From contig JBDHKN010000035.1 of NCBI GenBank assembly GCA_039586365.1, forward strand, positions 8,124-72,123: a DNA stretch of 64,000 bases, in the 5' to 3' direction. Under the pieces are notes generated by a model. That model saw only the letters and a program-made list of their open reading frames with translations, did not search any database and was not told the DNA's origin. Numbering within the stretch: the first letter of the stretch is position 1; each line of letters starts with the position of its first letter. The translations under genes were made by a program, and so were the position numbers. The stretch is from Gemmatimonadota bacterium. GTDB taxonomy: Bacteria > Gemmatimonadota > Gemmatimonadetes > Gemmatimonadales > GWC2-71-9. Below, one piece after another: positions 58,174-64,000 of this stretch.

Positions 58174-58902
58174 ATGCAGCTTTTAGACATCAGCGCTGAC
58201 ACGGAGAGAGCCTTCTTCAGTTGTCTGCACCTTCAAGATCCAGAGGACGTGGAGTTCACAGCTCACAGCAGAAGTTGGTACGCGGAATACAGAGACAGAG
58301 GATACAAGGCCCAGGTTCTCGTACTCAACGATGGCAGAATCGTGGGCAAATGTCATTACATACCGGTTGAGCATTCACCTTTCGTTGGCAAGGACTTGCT
58401 GGCCATCCTATGCATAGCAGTCTGGCCGTACGAGCATCATGTTGGCGATCAGCGAAGTAGAGGATATGGTCGGTTCATGCTGGAGCATATCGAGCAATAC
58501 GCTCGGTCTTCGGATTTCAAAGGTGTTGTCGCGTGGGCTATGGACTGGGATTGGAACCCTGTTTCATTCTACGAGCACCTGGGTTACTCAAGGGTCGATG
58601 CAGAAGACAAGGTAGTGGTGGTGTGGAAGCAGTTTTGCGAGGATGCAGAGCCTCCCAGACTTCTCCGCCTAGACGAAGTGCCGAGTGAAGGTCGGGAAAA
58701 GGTCCGTGTCGTAGTTGCTGACAATCAGTGGTGCGACTGCAATATGAAGCTGATGAAAACCAGAGAAGCCATTGAGGGAATTGAGCACCTTGTTGAATAC
58801 ACTGAAGTAGAGCCTCCTTGCTGCAATAGGATAATACACTTGGGATATGTCGGCGGTGTGTTCTTGGACGGCATTGCGAGAAGAAATCATCCGACTCCAT
58901 GA
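58174..58902 (+). CDS. GNAT family N-acetyltransferase (YoaP-like); C-terminus possibly truncated
   Basis: ILCIAV, QRSRGYGRFML acetyl-CoA loop, SFYEHLGY; thioredoxin-like WC tail. Confidence 0.82.
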   Translation: MQLLDISADTERAFFSCLHLQDPEDVEFTAHSRSWYAEYRDRGYKAQVLVLNDGRIVGKCHYIPVEHSPFVGKDLLAILCIAVWPYEHHVGDQRSRGYGRFMLEHIEQYARSSDFKGVVAWAMDWDWNPVSFYEHLGYSRVDAEDKVVVVWKQFCEDAEPPRLLRLDEVPSEGREKVRVVVADNQWCDCNMKLMKTREAIEGIEHLVEYTEVEPPCCNRIIHLGYVGGVFLDGIARRNHPTP

Positions 58903-59080
58903 GCGAAAGCAGCAATAGTTGGATCCTTGCCGTTGACAATGGCGGGTAAGTTCGGCGTAGCACATCTTAGCGGTGGGACGAATCGCCCTGACGAGTGCTG
59001 TTCCCTTGATAACAGGACTATCGCAGCGAGGGGATATGCGGGCATGCTCTGCAGCCCAAATCCAGAAGTCCCGCGTGGGA

Positions 59081-59146
59081 GATCGGGAAATGCTGCGTGG
59101 AAAGGTCCATACCGGGCTATGCAGGTCTGTCCATTACTAGTAAGCG
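59081..59146 (+). repeat. attI-like sequence, copy 2
   Basis: Matches 58050-58107; lies just upstream of the higB promoter. Confidence 0.7.
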
Positions 59147-59159
59147 CGACAACGTGTGC

Positions 59160-59188
59160 TTGTGGCCTATTACGACCATCGTTATAAT
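59160..59188 (+). promoter_or_regulatory. higBA promoter with overlapping operator
   Basis: TTGTGG-17 nt-TATAAT; imperfect inverted repeat TATTACGA-CCA-TCGTTATA; ATG 7 nt after the -10. Confidence 0.7.
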
Positions 59189-59195
59189 AGATAGT

Positions 59196-59489
59196 ATGAT
59201 AAGGTCCTTCGCGGACTTGGCAACTGAGGATCTTTTCAACGGCGTTTCCAGTCGACGGGCTCGCCAGGCTTGCCCTGTCGAACTGTGGCCTGTCGTACGG
59301 CGCAAATTGACTCAGTTGAACCGCGTTCAAGGACTCAGCGAACTCAAAGTACCGCCTGGGAATCGCCTACAACGGTTGCGCGGCGACCGGGTGGGACAGT
59401 ACAGCATTCGGATAAACGATCAGTACCGGATCTGCTTCCGATGGGAGGATAGCTATGCCGACGATGTCGAAGTCACGGACTACCACTAA
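59196..59489 (+). CDS. higB: HigB (RelE/ParE family) toxin
   Basis: MIRSFAD..TEDLF, PPGNRL..L.GDR.GQYSIRINDQYRICFRW...DYH. Confidence 0.95.
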   Translation: MIRSFADLATEDLFNGVSSRRARQACPVELWPVVRRKLTQLNRVQGLSELKVPPGNRLQRLRGDRVGQYSIRINDQYRICFRWEDSYADDVEVTDYH

Positions 59490-59838
59490 GAAGCGTTCAG
59501 GCGGTCTGACCGTACAGCGTCGCCTTCCGACCCACAGGCCACCTACTCACCCGGGCGAGATGTTGCTCGAGGAGTTTCTCAAGCCTCTTGGAATTTCACA
59601 ATCTGCCTTCGCTCGACAACTGGAGGTGTCCTTTCCTCGGCTGAACGAGATCATAAATGGCAAGCGGAGTGTGACCACGGACACGGCTTTGCGCCTGGCG
59701 AGAGTGACAGGCATGAGCGCAGAATTCTGGCTTGGTCTGCAGCAAGACTGGGACCTCTGGCATGCCCTCCGATCTGAAGAGGCCGACGAGATTGCGAAGC
59801 TTGAACCTCTTGCTGGAATGAGGGACGTTACGCGCTAA
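59455..59838 (+). CDS. higA: HigA antitoxin
   Basis: PTHPGEMLLEEFLKP, HTH, TALRLA, FWLGLQ. Confidence 0.95.
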   Translation: MPTMSKSRTTTKKRSGGLTVQRRLPTHRPPTHPGEMLLEEFLKPLGISQSAFARQLEVSFPRLNEIINGKRSVTTDTALRLARVTGMSAEFWLGLQQDWDLWHALRSEEADEIAKLEPLAGMRDVTR

Positions 59839-59966
59839 CTAGCGGGTGAACCTGACGGGCGGCTGTGGCAGGAGTTGATTCGTGCGCGTGGCAGGACCAG
59901 TGATTCCGGAGAGAATGTTGCTGTTGGCGAGGTGTCGCCAACAGGTTATCCGCAGGACCGTTAGTC
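59833..59966 (+). mobile_element. Integron attC site
   Basis: R'' CGCTAAC contains the higA stop; GCGGGTGAACCTG pairs with CAGGTTATCCGC leaving one extrahelical G; R' GTTAGTC; length 134 bp. Confidence 0.75.
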
Positions 59967-59996
59967 TCCCACTTCCGTAAGTCGCTATATCCAACA

Positions 59997-60072
59997 TGCT
60001 CGGGGCGGGACTCGAGCCGTCGCCCCTAGCCCCACGCCCACCGCCAGCAGACTTCTCGGCCGTTGCGCCTCT
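59997..60072 (-). pseudogene. Degenerate tRNA (Leu-like) 3' remnant, probable old att site
   Basis: Minus strand GGCTCGAGTCCCGCCCCGAGCA resembles a T-arm plus acceptor 3' end; eroded anticodon-arm-like sequence nearby. Confidence 0.5.
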
Positions 60073-60306
60073 GCGACTCTTGCGGTTCAGCGTATCGGAC
60101 TGCAAGCTAGGTCGTCGCCCTCCAGCCATTGAACTGACAGTAAACGCCGGTGGCCTTTTGCGTGCCCCGCCGCCAGAGTAGACGCCATAACTGGACGCCC
60201 TAGACGCGGTAGTAGGACCCCGCAGTAGACGCCACAGTAGGACGCCCGCCCGACGACGAGACCCGAGACCACCGAGAGTGGCGCTAATATGCCAGAGGAG
60301 GATGCC

Positions 60307-61959
60307 ATGCGCTCCGCATCGCGTGTGCTAAGAACATGGTTACGACTGGCTTTGGTACTGATCGCTGGTCCCAGATTCGTCGCCTGTGCAGACGGCCCTA
60401 CCGAGCCGGCGGCGGTCCCGGTCACTTCGTGGACCGTTGACGTGCCTCCAGTATACCCTCTTACCGACGTATGGGGCACTTCGTCGAGCGACGTATATGC
60501 AGTTGGCTACGGCGGCACGATCCTGCACTACGACGGGGCCGGCTGGAGTGAGATGACGAGCGGGACGAGCGCGCCGCTGAGAGCGGTGTGGGGCACGTCA
60601 TCCAGCGATGTCTATGCAGTGGGGAACAGCGGCACGATCCTGCACTTCGACGGGACCAGCTGGAGTGAGATGACGAGCGGGACGAGCGCCACCCTGAGTG
60701 CCGTATGGGGCACCTCTCCGAGTGACATCTTCGCGGTGGGAAGCGCCACGATTCTGCACTTTGACGGGACCAGTTGGAGTGAGATGACGAGCGGGACAGA
60801 CCTGCCCTTCGATGCCATATGGGGCAGCTCATCGACCGATGTCTACGCGGTTGGACATTGCGGGGCCGCCATGCACTACGACGGGACCAGTTGGAGCTCG
60901 ATGCCGGGTGCCCACCTCCGTGCCGTATGGGGCACATCGTCGAACGATATCTACGGGGTGGGCGACGACGGCACGATCCTGTACTACGACGGGACCAGTT
61001 GGAGTGAGATGACGAGCGGTACGAATGAGTACCTCTCTGGCGTGTGGGGTGCATTATCGAGCGATGTCTTCGCGGTCGGATCGGACGGCACGATCCTTCA
61101 TTACGACGGGACCGCCTGGAGCGATATGACCAACGAGACGAGCGAGAGCCTGACCGGCGTGTGGGGCTCGTCATCGACCGCCGTCTACGCAGTTGGCTCC
61201 GACGGGGCAATCCTGCACTACGATGGAACCGCCTGGAGCGGCATGGCGAGCGGGACGGAAAGGGACCTCGAGGCGATCTGGGGCGCGTCATCGAGCGACC
61301 TCTTCGCGGTTGAAACCTACGGCATGATCCTGCACTACGACGGCACTGGCTGGAGTGAGATGCCGGTTGGGGCAGACGTCCGAGACGTCCACCTCAATAG
61401 CGTGTGGGGAACGTCATCGAGCGACGTCTACGCGGTGGGAGGCAGCGGTATCATCCTGCACTACGACGGGTCCGCCTGGAGTGCGATGACAAGCGGGACG
61501 AGCGCGTGGCTACTAGATGTGTGGGGAACCTCGTCTACCGACATTTATGCAGTGGGGTGGACCTCCCCGGCGACAGGGGGCGGCACCATCCTGCACTACG
61601 ACGGAACCGGCTGGAGTGAGATTCACAGCGGGATGACCGAGGAACCCGTCGGAGTTTGGGGCACGTCGCCGAGAGACGTCTACGCAGTTGGATACGAAGG
61701 CGCGATCCTCCATTACGACGGGGCTGCCTGGAACGCGATGCCAAGCGGGACAAGTGCCTACCTTCGCGACGTCTGGGGCACGGCAGAAAACGATGTCTAC
61801 GCGGTTGGATGGGACGGCACGATCCTGCACTACGACGGGACCGGCTGGAGGGAGATGTCGACTGGGACGACCCTGTCGCTCTCAGGCGTGTGGGGCACGT
61901 CTACGGAGGTCGTCTACGCGGTCGGCTCGTATGGCATAATCCTCCGGGGGTCACGTTGA
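60307..61959 (+). CDS. Lipoprotein with 13 repeats of about 39 aa (beta-propeller)
   Basis: GAGGAGG RBS; lipobox FVAC; repeat LxxVWGxSxxDVYAVGxxGTILHYDGxxWxxM. Confidence 0.9.
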   Translation: MRSASRVLRTWLRLALVLIAGPRFVACADGPTEPAAVPVTSWTVDVPPVYPLTDVWGTSSSDVYAVGYGGTILHYDGAGWSEMTSGTSAPLRAVWGTSSSDVYAVGNSGTILHFDGTSWSEMTSGTSATLSAVWGTSPSDIFAVGSATILHFDGTSWSEMTSGTDLPFDAIWGSSSTDVYAVGHCGAAMHYDGTSWSSMPGAHLRAVWGTSSNDIYGVGDDGTILYYDGTSWSEMTSGTNEYLSGVWGALSSDVFAVGSDGTILHYDGTAWSDMTNETSESLTGVWGSSSTAVYAVGSDGAILHYDGTAWSGMASGTERDLEAIWGASSSDLFAVETYGMILHYDGTGWSEMPVGADVRDVHLNSVWGTSSSDVYAVGGSGIILHYDGSAWSAMTSGTSAWLLDVWGTSSTDIYAVGWTSPATGGGTILHYDGTGWSEIHSGMTEEPVGVWGTSPRDVYAVGYEGAILHYDGAAWNAMPSGTSAYLRDVWGTAENDVYAVGWDGTILHYDGTGWREMSTGTTLSLSGVWGTSTEVVYAVGSYGIILRGSR

Positions 61960-62353
61960 TTTGGTCAGCGGAGCCCTCCGCCACCAAGCGCAGCGGCTCC
62001 CTGTGAGCCAATGGTGCTACTGAATACCAGCGCCTGTTGGTCTTGACTGCCCCCGGGCGTCTCGCGGCGGTCGGGACTAGAAACCATAGATGGGTGTCGA
62101 CCGACCCAGCCCTGGTGTCATTGGTGCAACTCCGGTTCCTTAAATCGCTACGCGGTGTTGAACGTGCCGATGTCAGGCAGGTGAAGGGGAGGGGTGGCGC
62201 TCCCGGCTTGGGTGGTTTTCCAGCTGTGAAGGTTTTTGATCGTCCACTGCCCCCTGGACCGGACCAGGTTGCTTTCATTCCATCACCTTGCCCACGAGCT
62301 TCATCCGCATGTCGGACGGCGGCCGATAACTGACATACACGTGGACCGGCACG

Positions 62354-62839
62354 TTAGTACTCCGGCGGTTGAAGTGGTCGGGTCCGCATTTGGTAAACCC
62401 AGACTCCTACAAGAGCTAACCGGCAGAGTCGGACGCTGTTGTCCTCAGGTTCTAGCGGCCTGACTAGCACCCCCACATCGGTCCCGTCTGGCAATACCAC
62501 ACTCCATCCAGCACCCGACGTAACACCCATGCCGCGACGCACGAGCTCTTGTGCCAACTGTGCAACCGCTGCGCTCGAGAACGCATAAGAAGGCTTAGGA
62601 TCAGATTGAGGCACGACTTCGGTGGCCATAAGATCACTTACGACATCGGTTGGCAGCGCAGCGACCAGCCTTCCGAGCGTCTCCTCGGCGACTTCGCCGC
62701 GGCAAGTTCGCGCGAGATCGCGGGCAAACCGCAGGGTCTCAGTCGGAGGAAAGCCGGCTTCTTCAACAGCCCCGAAGCGCTCAGCAATCTCGTTTGGTGA
62801 CAGTACGGAGTCAAAGGACTCAGTCATGGAGCCATACAC
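62354..62839 (-). CDS. Hypothetical protein
   Basis: 161-aa ORF with GAGGAG RBS, 22 nt downstream of the next gene. Confidence 0.5.
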   Translation of the reverse strand: MYGSMTESFDSVLSPNEIAERFGAVEEAGFPPTETLRFARDLARTCRGEVAEETLGRLVAALPTDVVSDLMATEVVPQSDPKPSYAFSSAAVAQLAQELVRRGMGVTSGAGWSVVLPDGTDVGVLVRPLEPEDNSVRLCRLALVGVWVYQMRTRPLQPPEY

Positions 62840-62861
62840 TCCTCTGAACTAAGGGGAACAG

Positions 62862-63734
62862 TCATTCACGCTCTTCTGCAGCCGCCGCGTCGGCGGTCCC
62901 AGTAGGTTTTAGAGGGTAGTGGTCGAATGCGGCCTTCGCGTCATCATTGTCAGCGAACAGGTGAGGATTCCACAGAAAAAGGGTGTTGTTCCGAACTCCA
63001 CCTAGCGAGTAGCTCTCATCGTTGCAAAAGCCGATGAAGTGGATGCGTTCTCTGACATACCTTGCTGCTCTCTGGTGTGTGTTCTTGTCATCAAATAGGC
63101 CGAGGATGGGGTGCCGTTCTCCCTTTCCGTTCTTCCAGGAATAAGCATGGTACGCCTTGTCAATTGGAAGTCCTGCGCGCCCATATACGATCTGGCGGTA
63201 GTCCCAGACATCCCCACCAGTGATACCGTATCCTCTCATGTCAACGAGAATAACGTGGTACTGGCCTGGCACTGGCTCAGTGAACTTCGTAGGGCCCTGT
63301 GAACCGAGCACCTTTTGCCCAATCTTTTGCTGCACAAGGAGTGTTTCACCTTCAATGCTTTGAGTTTGATCTTCCGCGTCCGACTGTAGGTCAGCTCCAA
63401 AGAAGAGTCCGTCCTCCCAAGAGGCCCGTTTCAACGCGTCGCTGGTGAGGACGGACACGAGTTCGACGAGCCAACGGGCACCCGGCACCTCGAACTCGAA
63501 ATCCACAGTCGAATCACCGGGTCCTGTGGGAGCCTCATACTTTGGGGACAGATGTTCACCGTGGGCGTCACCTGCAAAGCGAAGCTCAAACAGCAAAGGT
63601 TTCGTTGAGTACGTCCAACTGTTCATATTCCCAACACGTTTGAGGAGTGGCTCTGCCCATTCGGCATTCTTCAAACGTTCTACAAGGTCAGCGCAGTACT
63701 CGACTTCCTTGGTGGTCAAAATCTCACCCCACAT
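62862..63734 (-). CDS. Hypothetical protein, PD-(D/E)xK restriction-endonuclease-like
   Basis: LFELRFA...YE......TVDF........VELVS pattern; lower GC; AGGAGG upstream of ATG 63734. Confidence 0.6.
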   Translation of the reverse strand: MWGEILTTKEVEYCADLVERLKNAEWAEPLLKRVGNMNSWTYSTKPLLFELRFAGDAHGEHLSPKYEAPTGPGDSTVDFEFEVPGARWLVELVSVLTSDALKRASWEDGLFFGADLQSDAEDQTQSIEGETLLVQQKIGQKVLGSQGPTKFTEPVPGQYHVILVDMRGYGITGGDVWDYRQIVYGRAGLPIDKAYHAYSWKNGKGERHPILGLFDDKNTHQRAARYVRERIHFIGFCNDESYSLGGVRNNTLFLWNPHLFADNDDAKAAFDHYPLKPTGTADAAAAEERE

Positions 63735-63893
63735 TGAACCGTTTGTCCTCCTATCATTAGGCCGCGTGCTCGTAAGGCTGTGCCGATTCTGAGCGTTGGC
63801 ATGAGACACCTCGGGGTTTTTCCCAACACCAAAGTGGCGCGAAGCCTGATCAAGTGATAGTGCGCTTTTGGGACTTCATATGTCGTTTTGATC

Positions 63894-64000
63894 CTATAAA
63901 GAAGCTGGCCTCCTCGGGGTGCCGCCGACAGATTCGGCAGCGATGGTGGATTTGAGGTGGAGACCCCGAGAGGAGGCCAGCATGTTGTACGCAGGCATTG
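63894..64000 (+). mobile_element. Probable IS110-family element left end and transposase start (cut by the window edge)
   Basis: AGGAGG RBS; ATG 63982 gives MLYAGI(D), like the DEDD IS110 N-terminus; TATAAA and a long hairpin leader upstream; only 6 codons visible. Confidence 0.55.

Noticed and set aside
57900..59080. Integron integrase remnant
   Set aside because: No RHSFATH or YTHV-type tyrosine recombinase motifs could be read in any frame
60440..61930. CRISPR-like or DNA-level repeat array
   Set aside because: The roughly 117-bp periodicity is explained by in-frame protein repeats
62325..62360. Second attC after the 62354 ORF (TACTAAC...GTTAT on the minus strand)
   Set aside because: Too short and no paired L boxes

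Overview
GC-rich bacterial window, most likely Gemmatimonadota (my inference from gene order, the PadR/ADOP pair and the protein style). 1-9.8 kb holds transport and envelope genes: partial SulP, plug-only lipoprotein, M20 amidohydrolase, ClC-CBS, FadL plus SGNH lipoprotein, and a putative outer-membrane protein. 9.9-47.1 kb is a long minus-strand housekeeping block, read in transcription order: asparaginase II, obgE, dprA, hemW, hrcA, dnaJ, HIT protein, rpsU, mutS2, dnaG, Zn-ribbon protein, recJ, rsmD, coaD, pta, rsbV/rsbW/rsbU-like, rsmA, rex, arcA remnant, DnaQ-like exonuclease, MBL hydrolase, infC-rpmI-rplT-pheST, zapB-like/zapA, rny, folD, xseAB, ispA, dxs, nadK, recN. After tRNA-Val(CAC) at 47.9 kb the window becomes accessory. 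Its best candidate for an undescribed system is a three-gene unit: an unknown PRTase-like protein, a divergent stand-alone TrpA and a divergent TrpF, with no trpB/C/D/E, inside a segment bounded by a 13-bp copy of the tRNA 3' end. Further on are a frameshifted ADOP permease, an integron-like stretch without intI (attI-like duplicates, a higBA cassette ending in an attC), a decayed tRNA-Leu-like att site, a 13-repeat beta-propeller lipoprotein, a PD-(D/E)xK-like protein and the probable start of an IS110 element with a structured leader. All calls come from reading motifs by eye; no database searches were run.
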